Origin: Octopus sinensis
Taxonomy: Eukaryota
DNA: 64,000 nucleotides
Direction: 5' to 3'
Assembly (NCBI RefSeq): GCF_006345805.1
Contig: NC_043020.1
Coordinates: forward strand, 28,644,001 to 28,708,000
Shown here: positions 1 to 12,810 of the stretch, piece by piece
Numbering within the stretch: position 1 is the stretch's first letter
How the letters are laid out: the number at the start of each line of letters is the position of its first letter
The notes under the pieces: model-generated
Seen by the model: only the letters and a program-made list of their open reading frames with translations
What the model was told of the DNA's origin: nothing
Databases searched by the model: none
Made by a program: the position numbers and the translations under genes

Positions 1-172
1 GTTTTATGTTCAAACTGACCAGATCCAGGCTCTCACACCTACCCTACAATGTTATTCTACATTAAGTAATTACACCATCAAGATCTTGAAGATATGAGAT
101 AATGCATGATTAATTCAAATCAATGGGAATCAATAGGCATTATGTTTGATTGAATAATCTGAACACTAAAGG
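1..172. mobile_element. Right part of a TTAA-flanked MITE (second family)
   Basis: ends CTAAAGGG-TTAA; body similar to 63218-63583. Confidence 0.65.
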
Positions 173-354
173 GTTAAGGGAGTTTGGAAGAGTTTACAAA
201 ATTGCTATATTCTCTTGAATGGTATTATTTCTGTTCACTTTATTTTTGTGACATTTCTATTTGAAATACTTCATTATTTATCATCTTTTACTTTCTTTCT
301 AAATGACCTTATATGTCCACTTACTCATGTGTTGGTTATTGCTTCTTATTTCAG

Positions 355-441
355 TCTTATCCGTCCGGATAACTTAAGAGAAATGGTCAATATGGTTACT
401 GAAGAACCATCTGAAGATATTGAAGAGAAACAGCGTTATAG
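355..441 (+). CDS. PPP6R3: PP6 regulatory subunit (SAPS domain), first coding exon in window (LIRPDNLREMVNMVTEEPSEDIEEKQRY); earlier exons lie upstream of the window
   Basis: ttcag/gtaaat boundaries; peptide resembles recalled human PPP6R3 [23 protein letters not shown]; phase 2 joins next exon. Confidence 0.92.
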
Positions 442-637
442 GTAAATTCCGCTTTTCGTTATGATGTGAATTTGTACGCCACAGTTGCAGGTATTTCAGA
501 TGAATTTGGACAGAGCGCTTAATTTTATATGCTTAATTAATTCTCATTATCAGTCTATCAACAAATGCCCCAAACTTCTAATCAACTATTTAATCAGTAA
601 TTGATTCTAATTAATGCTTTGTTTCTTTGTCCAAAAG

Positions 638-824
638 GTACCCAAATACATGCTGTGAAGTATTGACATGTGATGTAACTCAGATCAATGACTGCCTAAC
701 CGGAGATAGTGTTTATATAAACAAATTATATGGGTTCTTGGAGATGAAGGGCCCTCTTAATCCCTTATTGGCTAGCTTTGTCAGTAAAGTGATAGGTCTT
801 CTTACAGTGAAAAAAAGTGAGATG
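638..824 (+). CDS. PPP6R3: PPP6R3 exon (YPNTCCEVLTCDV...LNPLLASFVSKVIGLLTVKKSEM)
   Basis: aag/gtgagt; SAPS hallmark motifs YPNxxCExLTxDV and LNPLLASFxSKV. Confidence 0.97.
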
Positions 825-964
825 GTGAGTATTGTTGCATTTGAAGATCTCCATTCATGTTTGCTTTGCATAAATACACTTAACATATTATTGTAGTTGG
901 TTAATGGATGAGATGTTGTGAAGTAGAGCCTTATTAGGTTGGTACAACATTTGCAAATTCCATG

Positions 965-1158
965 TACTCTTTTACTTGTTTCAGTCATTTGACTGTGGCC
1001 ATGCTGGAGCACTGCCTTTAGTCGAGCAAATCGACCCCGGGACTTATTCTTTGTAAGCCCAGTACTTATTCTATCGGTCTCTTTTGCCAAACTGCTAAGT
1101 GACGGGGACGTAAACACACCAGCATCGGTTGTCAAGCAATGCTAGGGAACAAACACAG

Positions 1159-1246
<88 letters not shown>

Positions 1247-1418
1247 TATACATATATACGACAGGCTTCTTTCAGTTTCTGTCTACCAAATCCACTCACA
1301 AGGCATTGGTCGGCCCGGGGCTATAGCAGAAGACACTTGCCCAAGGTGCCACACAGTGGGACTGAACCCGGAACCATGTGGTTGGTTAGCAAGCTACTTA
1401 CCACACAGACACTCCTGC
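965..1418 (-). mobile_element. tRNA-headed SINE, family A (internal CA/TA microsatellite)
   Basis: tRNA-like head (reverse complement of GGAGTGGCTGTGTGGTAAGTAGCTTGC...GGTTCAGTCCC) and (AAGAGTA)n tail; near-identical copies elsewhere in window. Confidence 0.85.
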
Positions 1419-2166
1419 TCTGTATATCATCATCATTTTAATGTCCACTTTCCTATGCTTGCATGGATTGAACAGAGTTTATTGAGGCAGATTTTTTTTA
1501 TGGCTGATGCTCTTTCTGTCACCAACCCTCGCCTGTTTCTAATCTTCCATGAAAACATGTTTTGACCATGGGGTAAATATTACTTTACCTGGAAACAGAT
1601 GTGGGTTGCCAACAGGAAGAGCATTCGACTCTAGAAAATTCACCTCAACAAATTCCATCCAACCCTTGTGAGCAGAGAAAGTGGATGCTGAAATGATGGT
1701 GGATTAGTTACTCAGATGCCTTTAAACACTTCACCACTACCAACACGTATTGAGTTGTTCTAATGCAGTGCTTTTCAACCATTTTGCTGGAGCGGAACCC
1801 TAAGGAAACATTCCACTGGCTCGAGGAACCCCTGTGCAATAATTTAATAGTCTTATGCACACATATCTGCACATGAGAATTAAAAATTACTGCCAATTTT
1901 AGCAGTTTTGTAACTTCTTGCAGAACCCCTGGACTGTACTGGCGGAACCCTGGTTGAAAACCATAAACCACAACACATGAAAACAACCTGTATAGACTTT
2001 GCCAACAGCACAGATTTTTTTTGTGAAGAAAATAGATATTTAGCCTCTAACACACACACACACACACACTATACTCACTCTCAATATATATTTGCCAATT
2101 GAAACTAATCCAGCAAATTTTGCGATTTTTTTTTTCTTATTAATTAAAAATTTTTTTTTTCTCCAG

Positions 2167-2304
2167 ATATTTAAATATTTGAAATCAAAATCAGACTTTG
2201 TCGGAACCTTACTGACACACATTGGTACATCTGCAATGGTGGATCTCTTGTTACGGTTGATAACCTGTATAGAATCTACAAAACTAAAGTTTGAAATGAT
2301 AGAG
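2167..2304 (+). CDS. PPP6R3: PPP6R3 exon ([36 protein letters not shown]...)
   Basis: ctccag/gtaact; HIGTSAxxDLLLRLxTCIE motif; 138 nt, phase 0-0. Confidence 0.97.
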
Positions 2305-2342
2305 GTAACTCACCTTTTTTCCTTAACCTTATATTATTATTT

Positions 2343-2525
2343 CCGGCACGTAAAAAGTACCCTCTACACTCGCGGAGTGGTTGGCGTTAGGAAGGGCATC
2401 CAGTTAGAAACACCACCAGATCAGACTGGGCCTGGTGCAGCCCCTAGCTTCCCAGACCCCGGTCGAACCGTCCAACCCGTGCTAGCGCGGAAAACTGACA
2501 TTAAACGATGATGATGATGATGATT
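2343..2525 (+). mobile_element. Interspersed repeat family B ((ATG)n-tailed, SINE-like). Same orientation at 10995-11322, 22300-22520, 34885-35175; opposite at 6585-6750, 13100-13320, 30694-30930, 57085-57340, 62304-62437
   Basis: recurring ~200 bp motif GGAAGGGCATCCAGCTGTAGAAAC...CCAACCCATGCTAGCATGGAAA...TTAAACGATGATGATG; orientation assigned by treating the ATG run as the 3' tail. Confidence 0.8.
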
Positions 2526-3296
2526 TCATATATCTTTTGCTTGTTTCAGTGATGGGTCTGTGGCCATACTGGGGCATGCCTCAAAGGATTTAGGCATTAG
2601 GAAGAGCATCCAGCTGTAGAAACCATGCCAGTGCAGCTTGGTGTGGCCACTGGCCTTACCATCTCCAGTTAAACTGTCCAACCTATGCCAGCATGGAAAG
2701 ATGCCACATGAAAGGGGCCGAATCCAAAATACATCTTGGAATCGAACAAACTCAGCTAAATGTACTTCATGACCAGATGAAAGTGTTAGGCAGGGTGACA
2801 TTTTGAGCTTACTGTCTACGAAAAGGAACTGGGCATGTCTTATGGTGGTACCAATACTGGAGACATCTTACTAGTCATTTGCTGTTTAGGGTGACCCAGG
2901 CACTTAAACTTGGTGCTTTCAAAGTGGTTGTAGAAGCATCGTCATTCCTGAAATGGTTTACTGGCAGCTGATGTCAGGTTTACAAACCTATCAGGATGTT
3001 GAGTATTCAGAGAGAGAGAGAGAGTCAGAGAATGTGTGTGTGTGTGTGTGTGTAGATGAAAGCTTAGACTTTATCGGAAAATGGAATGAACATTTTTGGC
3101 CTTTGTACCTTTATAAAAGACGTGTATGAAATAGTTCCAAGGAATCTAAACTGTGTTGTGGAAAACCATGAGTAATATTTTATCTCTGTCACTTACAATA
3201 TTAAACTCTCTTGATCCAAATTTTCAAGTGAATTTCAACTGTAAATTTAAAGCCAATGTTTTGTGTCTCTATTTCCTTTTCTCTTCTATTTTTCAG

Positions 3297-3362
3297 TGGT
3301 TGAATGAAGAAAAACTGGTGGAAAGACTCGTGGATCAAGTTGTTCCATCAATTGAAGAAGAT
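3297..3362 (+). CDS. PPP6R3: PPP6R3 exon (WLNEEKLVERLVDQVVPSIEED)
   Basis: ttcag/gtgagt; WLNEEK motif. Confidence 0.96.
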
Positions 3363-4704
3363 GTGAGTTACTTTTAGTTCTCCATTCTGTAGTTTTCCAC
3401 CTTGGTTGTTTCTCTATTGTAGGTATGTGTGTCTGTGTGTTTCCCCTTTGTATCTACTATGTATATGTGTGTGTGTGTGTGTGTCACTTTGACAGTTGTT
3501 TACTTGTGTACCTCTCCTATTTCCATGTGTGTAACTCTCCAATGCGGTGTGGAGTTAGCAGAGACATTGCAGTGTTGGATGGAACACTTTGTGATATTTG
3601 TTTCAGCTTCCTTCATTCTGAGGTCATACTTTGCCAAGGTCAGCCTTACCATTCCATCCTTTTGGAGTTGATAAATAAAGTACCAGTCTAGTACACATAT
3701 GCATAGAAGGAATCAGTCTTAAGCGCTCTCTCTCTTGCCATCTTTCTCTTCCTTCCTCTATACTCTCTGTAGTCACTTCTATTCAAGAGGGATGAGTTCT
3801 GTGAATTTTAAAATGTGGAAGACACTGTACGTCATGATGGTGCCCCTACCATTCCATGTAGGGTTGAAGGCCCGAGGCAATACAACACTTCAAACCTGTA
3901 CTGAAAATCTATAACCACAAACTCTCAGCTTGCAGCAGAAGTTTCTCTTCAATAATACTTTCTCTCATTTTAATTACAAATGGAATAAAATGTTGTGGTG
4001 GCTGTTTTGATCTTTTCTGTATTTATGCTTTAATGTAACCATGTCTTGCTGTATGTTAGTAAACTTTAGAGACCAGTATTGTTTGGTATTTTCTTTGTTA
4101 AAAGTTCATCTGTTGTCCCTCCCTCCCTCTCCCCCCTCTCTCTCAAATCCCCCCAACCATCAGAAATTATTTAGTTATTTTATATCTTACCTTGACCTTT
4201 ATTTCTGCTTTATTCTTTCTGGATTCATTGTCTGTGATTTAGGTGTAGACATGGCCATATGGTTGAGATGTTTGTCTTCCAACCCAGCTCTAAAGACAGG
4301 GGTTGATTAGTAATAGTTTCACATGGAACCCCAGCTTCACAACCAGCACAATGCTTACACATCAGATTTGAACCAATGTTTTGACTATAATATTGTTACT
4401 ACTATTGTAGTCTGTGTGTGTATATGTCTATATACCTGTGTGTATTAATCTAGCTGTAACTGTCGCACTTGGTTGATTCGTTCTTTTTTTCTTCTCTTTA
4501 TCAATGTGCATGACTTTGCAAATAATAATGAGGACAAGCAATACATTGTCATGACCGTGTCTCCACTCATGTTCACCACTTTCTGCGTTCCCCCTTTATC
4601 GCCATTGCTTTCCATATGCCATTCTTTCCACACTCTCGTAAACTTAACTTACTCATCCTGTCCAATCCTCTCTATCACATCTCTTATATATAGACTTCTT
4701 CACC

Positions 4705-4930
4705 TATTTCTTTACTACCCACAAGGGGCTACACACAGAGGGGACAAACAAGGACAGACAAACGGATTAAGTTGATTACATCGACCCCAGTGCGTAACTG
4801 GTACTTAATTTATCGACCCTGAAAGGCAAAGTTGACCTCGGCGGAATTTGAACTCGGAACGTAATGGCAGACGAAATACCGCTAAGTATTTCGTCTGACG
4901 TGCTAACAATTCTGCCAGCTCGCTGCCTTC
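4705..4930 (-). mobile_element. tRNA-headed SINE, family C. Other copies near 32990-33170, 39410-39640, 44430-44610, 55675-55880, 58210-58420, 58920-59330
   Basis: recurring GGCGAGCTGGCAGAA..GTTAGCACG..GTTCAAATTCCGC..CCTTTCGGGGTCGATAAATTAAGTACC motif. Confidence 0.8.
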
Positions 4931-6800
4931 ACTTCTTCACTACCATCTGTTTTCCATTTGGGGTAACCATGTGTCCTCCCTTCAGCAAGACTTCTGACCC
5001 TCGATCATCCTCTAACTTCTCATAACCTGATATAAGGCCTCTTCCCTCAATATTACACTCCCTCAGTCAAGTGGGAGGTTTTGTGGTTACTTGGTTGATG
5101 CTACTTGTGCCAGTGCCATGTAAAAAAGCACTTAGTACATTTTATAAAACGGTTGGCATCAGGAAGAACATCCAGCCATAGAAATCACACCAAAGCAGGC
5201 ATTGGAACCTGGCACAGTTCTTTAGCTCGGCAGCTTCTGTGAAATCGACCAACCCATGCCAGCATGGAAAGCACATTAAATGGTGATGTGTTTATATCTG
5301 TAAGGTGTTGATGTGATTCAAACGACATGATTAAAATGTCGACACAGTGTCTTTGAAGTTAAATGTGTTTTATACTTGTGCGAGAAACTGATATTAAAGT
5401 ATGTGATGCCAAAAATGTCAGACTCGTGTAACAGACAGGATGACTTTAGATGCTGGTTTGGATTTTAATGTTTAATATTATTGACAAGTGGCTGAGATAA
5501 GTACCTTGTCGATGGAGAGGCAGACATAGATACGGAATTAAGTTAATTTAACTAACATATGGCTATAGATTGACCTTTACTGCTGGGAAATTTGTTATTG
5601 GTGAATTGTGTTGTGAGTGCTTTGGGATTTCAAAATCCAATATCAGATGTGCTGTTTGTATGGTTCTTATCATTATCGATACCCGGGTGGCCAGACACTG
5701 TTACTGTTTGTGGAAATGGTGTTTCCATGCATCCAGCGTACTCGGGTGGTTCAGGGTGGAGTTTAGATTTTTTTTTGTTAGTCTTGATGCCATGAGAACA
5801 TTCTGTAAAGTGGTTGGCAATAGAAAGGGCATTCAGCCATAGAATCCCCAGCCACATGATGTGTACAAGTGTTTGCTCCCAATGACAAATGGCTTTGGCC
5901 ATGATGACCTGTCCAACCCATTCCAGCATGGAAAGCAGGTGTAAGAAGGGAGGTAATCGTTTCTTAATATGAGGTAGGGTTAGAAATTTGAATTTGAAAT
6001 TACAACGAAAAAGTTGCATAAAAATTCAAATATTTACTTATTTTATTTTTATTTTGTTTACTAGTTGGTACTAATCATGTAAAACACTATTTCATTCCTT
6101 TTTGGAAATCCTCAACATGATGTAACTTATGACTTATTAAATCTTTTACTAAATTAGACATTTCATTAAAAGTAAAAATAATTACAAACTGGAGAAAATT
6201 TATGGAGTAATTTTTTTTTCTTTTTTGAAGAACATTAATTGTTTAGGAATCTGGGGCAAATAGGGAATGTTCTTAATACTTACATGTGGAATAATAGCTG
6301 TTTCCAAGGGATTTCTACGTTGAGAAAATGTCTTAGAGTAATCAATAATTTCAGTTCAAGTTGCAACAACTCCACAAACCATTTTCCAATTTATTTGTTG
6401 AGGTGTTGACAAGTATTTCAATCTAGGTTTTCTGTTAAAATTCTTTTCCACTGAAACATGTTAATCTGTTTTGGAACACTGCATTTGGTTGGATGGCTTT
6501 GCAGAGCATTATCAAATGGTTATTGTTACCGAAATCTGCATGACCAAACACTTCAAAGGAATCAAAAATTATTATCATCATCATCATTGTTTAATGTCCG
6601 TTTTCTGTGCTAGCATGGGTTGGACGGTTCGACTGGGGTCTGGGAAACCAGGAGGCTGCACCAGGCTCCAGTCTTATCTGGCAGTGTTTCTACAGCTGGA
6701 TGCCCTTCCTAACGCCAACCACTCCGAGTGTGTAGTGGGTGATTTTTATGGTAGACATCTATCCTCCTGCCTCCTTCTCTCTCTCTGTTTACATGTGTGT

Positions 6801-7208
6801 TACTTTTACTTGTTTCAATCATTTGACTGTGGCCATGCTGGAGCACCGCCTTTAGTCAAGAAAATTGACCCCGGGACTTATTCTTTGTAAGCCCAGTACT
6901 TATTCTATCGGTCTCTTTTGCCGAACCGCTAAGTGACAGGGACGTAAACACACCAGCATCGGTTGTTAAGCAATGCTAGGAGGACAAACACAGACACACA
7001 AACACACACACACATACACATATATATATATATATACATATATATGACGGGATTCTTTCAGTTTCCATCTACCAAATCCACTCACAAGGTATTGGTCGGC
7101 CCGGGGCTATAGCAGAAGACACTTGCCCAAGGTGCCACGCAGTGGGACTGAACCCGGAACCATGTAGTTTGTAAGCAAGCTACTTACCACACAGCCACTC
7201 CTGCGCCT
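6801..7208 (-). mobile_element. SINE family A copy
   Basis: same head, body and tail as 965-1418. Confidence 0.85.
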
Positions 7209-7928
7209 GTGTGTGTATAGTTTGATAAGTGCCAACACATGAAACTCTTGGACTTTGAGTCACTCTGTTACTTCTGCTAAATATTAATAAAAATATGCAT
7301 ATACTCATATTTTGACTTCTATTTTTTCCTGTTTGCACCAACATGCATGCATCTATATGTACACACATGCATAATCTATATGCATGTGTGTGTGTGTGTG
7401 TGTGTGCACACACATACTCACAAGCAACTATTTGACTGATTGACCGATTGGTACAGACTCACTCACCAACACTTGTCACTCACTGGCTCATAGCCATACT
7501 ATTTTCTTACCTCTTCTGACCATGACCACCACACTGATAGCTTCTGTTGTTCTAAACTGGCAAACAATACACCTGTCACTCCTGCCCGGTCAATGCATCC
7601 ACTGCTTCTTCTTCTTCTTTCATAATCCTTTCTCTCTTTCGATCAACAAACCCACCCTAAACCCTCTCCATAATAATCCTTGCCCCACAGCTTCTGTCGT
7701 TTGTATCCTTCTTCGAAGTGCTCTTCTTTTCCTCAGGCATCATTCTGTATAGTTCCAAGTATGGAAGAGCTTGCCAAAGGTTACTACCACCACCGTTTTT
7801 TGTCCAACTAAATAATTAAAAAAAACTAAACCTACTCCATGTATTATTCAGTTCCCTTCACGGAATATATATTTTCATTGTTCATTTTCCATTATTTTTA
7901 TTTCTATCATTTTTATTTCTCTCCACAG

Positions 7929-8041
7929 TTTCATACAAATGCAGCTCAGTTTCTTTGTGATATTGTCCGATTAGGTCGAGAACAACCGTCTCAGATTCAG
8001 GAGAGTCCTCAACCATATCCCCTCTTGGCAACTTTAGAATC
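7929..8041 (+). CDS. PPP6R3: PPP6R3 exon (FHTNAAQFLCDIVRLGREQ...PLLATLE)
   Basis: ccacag/gtacgt; matches recalled HSNASQSLCEIVRLSRDQ...PLLATLE. Confidence 0.96.
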
Positions 8042-8916
8042 GTACGTATACCAGCTTGCAAAATCTAATATCTTATAGCAGTGACTAGTTTCTCAACCGA
8101 ACCCTGTTTGCGTACCAGTTCCGATTATTAGTTCCCACTGCTTCACTGGTTGTGATCACCACTTTCTTAGATAAATATAAATTGCCATTGTTTCTTTCTC
8201 TCGTTAGTCCAAATGATCAAACCGATATATGCGACCCAGTGGAAACACCCCTGGATGAAACAGACGGAAGGAGAGGGACCTGCGCCTGGGCTTGCTAATG
8301 CTCGTTTCACTTGAACGGATTGGAGCAACATGATTAGAATTGCCTCGTTACCCTGTCAAGAAATTGAACTCACTGCCTTGTGATTTTGAGTTCATTTAAT
8401 TACTACAAAAAACAATGTAATATTTACTAAATGCCATGTGTGGATATGTGTATAGATGAATGACTAGCATACATGATGGTATTCTCTTGTAGTCTTCAGA
8501 AAGACAGCTCTGCAATTTCTTACTGAAGAACCTGCATGGATGATTTGTTTCTAGTGATCATATGTTCCTGCTGTACGTTAAGCTCACTTCCTTCATCAAA
8601 TTGATGCTGCATGAACAGGTGTAATAATGTACCACACATCAGGTGTCAAAATGAATGCAGAGCAACGTGATGTGAAGTGTTTTGCTCATAAACACACCAC
8701 ACCACACCACCCAGTCCAGGAATTGAAACCACGATCTTGCAATCATGAATTTGATACCCTAACCACTAGGCTATGCACCCTCACACTACCATATATAGAT
8801 TAACGATTAATGAGTTAGATGAATGACTAGTATATATATAAACTAATGCCTATAGTTCTCTGGTTTCTTCAACAGATTTGTCTAAACGGCCGTTTTATTT
8901 ATTTTGCTTTTTTCAG

Positions 8917-9027
8917 TGAACCTGTTATCGGTCGTTTGTTAAACAACATCTTGGACGGAGAAAAGAACGAATCAGTTATCGTCAACGGTCTTCTTGTCGT
9001 ACAGATTTTGCTTGATATCAAGAAAGT
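8917..9027 (+). CDS. PPP6R3: PPP6R3 exon (EPVIGRLLNNILDGEKNESVIVNGLLVVQILLDIKK)
   Basis: ttcag/gtaatt; phase 2-2 joins both neighbours; EKNES motif. Confidence 0.93.
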
Positions 9028-9931
9028 GTAATTTTATTTATATTTTCCACCTCCCACCCGACCCCCCACTTATCCTCTCACTCGAATCAGTTGCTTTGAC
9101 CATGTTTATTAACCTTGCATGTCTCAGGTGTCTCCACACCTGTAATAAACTAGGGGAAAATGTTGGACGACATATATCCATACACATGTGCATACTCTCT
9201 CTCACACACGCACACACACACATTCTTTTACTTGGTTTAGTCAGTTGACTGTGGCCATGCTGGAGCACCGCCTTCAGTCAAATAAATCAACCCCGAGACA
9301 TTCTTTGTAACTCTAGTACTTATTCTGTTGGTCTGTTTTGCCGAACTGCTAAGTTACAGGGACATGAACACACCAACATCGGTTGTCAAGCGATGGAGTG
9401 GGGTGACAAACACAAACACAAATATACCACACACACACACAGTCTTTATTCATGTATAAATTACACTATTTTGAAGTCGGTTTTACCTATAAAAAAAAAA
9501 AAGGGTGCTACTTGTGCTGAGGGCAAAGCTAAAACTATAGTTGCAGGTTCAGCTGCCCTCCACAGCACCATGGGCTTTTATCTTTTACTTATGGCCCCAG
9601 GGCTGACCAATGCCTTATGAGTGAATTTGGCAGATGGAAACTATGTTCTAGCCCATTGCATACACACACATTTGTCTCTTCGTGCCTTGCCTGTATTTGT
9701 CCCCTTTACCATGTGACAAATGGTGCTGGTTTTTCATATCCCTATAACCTAGCAGTTTGTCGAAAGAGACTGATAGAATAAATACCAAAACCTTTTTTTT
9801 AAAACTGAGGTCGATATGTTAGATGCATTTTTTTTTTTAAGGATATGATGTGAATTTTTAAAGCTGCTGTTTTTACCGTTTTTAGTGACTTTTGAAAATA
9901 CTTTATTGTATTCTCTTGTCTTTCTTTGTAG

Positions 9932-10061
9932 ATATGAAGGAGAAGTGGACCAGAGATCTAGTTTAGAAATTGAAAATATAACACAAGGTGTCAACCATGT
10001 TCTGTATGCTATAACTCCCAGAATAAAGGACTTCCATTCACTTTTATTAAATCCACCTAAG
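9932..10061 (+). CDS. PPP6R3: PPP6R3 exon (YEGEVDQ...IKDFHSLLLNPPK)
   Basis: ttgtag/gtgagt; FHxLLLxPPK motif. Confidence 0.95.
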
Positions 10062-11453
10062 GTGAGTGTCACTTAAAGCTGTCTATATCATGATGACTAT
10101 TGATAAACAGTTCTAACCATCTATCGGATTGATTTCCTTCACGTCTTGTCTTGTAGGGAATCTTTGATTTATTTCCAGAATCTGTGGCATTTCAAATCAG
10201 CTGTGTGGTTAAGAAGTTTGATTCTCAGCCACATGGTTTTCGCTTCATTTCCACTGCATGGCACCTTAGGCAAGTCACCTTGGTCAAGTGTCTTCTACTA
10301 TGACCTTGGGCCAGCCGAAGACTTGTGAGTGAAGTTGGTCAATGGAAACTGAAAGAAGCCTGTTGTGTGTGTGTGTTTACCTTTGTCTAGCTATCATATA
10401 ATGGATGTAAATAGGCATCATCATCATCATTACTAGCAAGGGTTGTTTATTTGTCGTCTTCCAAGAAAAACATGTCTGGCCATGGGGGAAATATTACCTT
10501 GCTTAGAAACAGTTGATGGTTGATGGCAGGAAGGGCATCCAGCTGTAAAAAATTTGCCTCAACAAACCCTGTCCAATCCATGCTGGCATGGAAAACTGAA
10601 TGATGATGAGTTAGTGCCAATGTGATTTGCTATTACACATTTGTTGAAATAAGCAAGCGAACTATAATGACTTTGTGTGTGTGTGTGTGTGTGTGTGTGT
10701 GAAGGTTCATGTCTTAGTGGCTAGGGTGTTCAGCTCATGTTCATAAGGTTGTGAGTTCAATTCCCAGTGGCATGTTGTGTCCTTGAGCAAGACACTTTAT
10801 TTCACATTACTCCTGTCCACTCAGCTGGCAAAAATGAGCTGCATCAGTAGCCCAAAGGGGCCAGTCTTGTCACACTCTGTGTCACACTGAATCTCCCCGA
10901 GAACTACATTAAGGGTGCACGTGTCTGTGGAGTACTCAGCCACTTGCATGTTAGTTTCACAAGCAGGCTCCTCTTTTGATTGGATCGACTGGAACACTTT
11001 TTGTCATAACCCGGTGGCACATAAAAAGCACCATCCGATTCATGGCCGTTGCCAGCTTCATCTGGTCTCCGTGCTGGTGGCACGTAAAAAGCACCATCTG
11101 ATCGTGGCCATTTGCCAGCCTCGTATGGCACCTGTGCTGGTGGCACGTAAAAAGCACCCACTACACTCACAGAGTGGTTGGCATTAGGAAGGGCATCCAG
11201 CTGTAGAAACACTGCCAGATCAGACTGGAGTCTGATGCAGCCTTCTGGCTTCACAGACCCCAGTTGAACTGTCCAACCCATGCTAGCATGGAATGCGGAC
11301 ATTAAACGATGATGATGATGATCAGTGATAGGAAGAAGAAATGTGTGTGTGTGTGTGTGTGTGTTTAGCCAATATAAAATTATTCCTGTTGATGATCTGG
11401 TGCTGTTCTATATAATTTCCCTTTTTTTCCCTTTTTTTTCTTCTTCTTTTTAG

Positions 11454-11612
11454 CCCCGGTACTGTGCTATGCCAACAACTATTGGTATACTCGAACCACC
11501 TCTGGGAAATACTAGGTTACAAATAACAAAATTGATCACTGCTTTAATTCAGACCAATTCTCATGAGGTCAATGTAGAATTGGCAAATTCTGGGACCATT
11601 GGTGTAATGTTG
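11454..11612 (+). CDS. PPP6R3: PPP6R3 exon (PRYCAMPTTIGILEPPLGNTRLQITKLITALIQTN...GVML)
   Basis: tttag/gtaagt; TTxGxLxPPxGNTRL motif. Confidence 0.96.
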
Positions 11613-11703
11613 GTAAGTAACGCTTTACCTGTGCGATTTGCATCTCCCCGCTTCTCTTTCGCAGCATCTGTTTTCTCTTAGATTTTACCATTTCTTCTTT
11701 CAG

Positions 11704-11829
11704 GATTTATATTTCAAATATATATGGAACAATTTCTTACATAGTCAAGTAGAGCAATGCATATATTTAATACTTAACAACTCACCTACAGAAATTGATA
11801 ACAGAAAGGAACATCCTCTTTTAGAACAA
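11704..11829 (+). CDS. PPP6R3: PPP6R3 exon (DLYFKYIWNNFLHSQVEQCI...HPLLEQ)
   Basis: ttcag/gtgagt; FKYxWNNFLHxQVE motif. Confidence 0.97.
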
Positions 11830-12745
11830 GTGAGTAGATTTTGTTGTTGTTTTTTTAAAGTTTTTTTTTTATTTTTATTTTATTTTTTTACTTTGTAAAA
11901 CATTGAAGTTTTGCTAGAAGTTTTGACAAGGTGACCTCATATCATGGCCTTGCAGGTGGAGTTCAGTTAAGAATTTTCTTCAGGTCAAGTTACCCATCTC
12001 GCTCAAGAGGTCCTTGAATAAGGGTTGTCTAAGGATGATGAACAAAACACCCATGTTTCCAGGAGTTAATTATTCTAACTCCAAACAATCCCTGCTCAAC
12101 ACTTGGCTATCATGCTCCCCCACTACTCCCACCTGTCAGGTAGATTATTCCATGCCCTTCATGTTGTCACACCTGTTTCTAAAACTTCTCCATGGCCAGA
12201 TATGTTTACACATATTATTGGAAATGAATGATACACACCCACATGCACATGTTTACATATATGATGGGCTTCTTTCAGTTTCCATCTACCTGATCCATTT
12301 ACAAAGCTTTAGTTGACTTAGTACTGTACAAGACACTTATTCTAGGTACCAGCTAGCAGGGCTGAACCCCCAAAAATGTTTCATTTCTATTGAATTATCA
12401 TCCTAATAATAATGATGATGGTTTCAAATTTTGGCACAAGGACAGCAATTTCTGGGTGGGGTTAGGGTTAGATTAGACTGACTGCTGCTAAGCATTTTGC
12501 CCTGAATTTCGGCACAGGGCCTAACAATTTTGAAGGGTGTTCAGCTGGTACTTTATTTCATCAATTCCAAAAGGATTTTCTTATTTATAATCACTGTTCT
12601 ATTAATTAGTAAAATCATTAAATCCATAAAAATGTTTTAGCCCGAAGGCCGCGGCCATACTGGGGCACCACCGCTAAACAAATAATGAAAACCTTGCCAG
12701 TTCTGTATGAAATCATAATTTACTCCTTTTTTGTTTTATCTTCAG

Positions 12746-12810
12746 ATATTTATTAAATGTAATTTGATACAGAGAATTCTAGATTCATGGGAAGAAAATG
12801 ACCAATACGA
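12746..12810 (+). CDS. PPP6R3: PPP6R3 exon (IFIKCNLIQRILDSWEENDQY)
   Basis: ttcag/gtaagt; matches recalled LFQKCQLIERILEAWEMNE. Confidence 0.95.
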
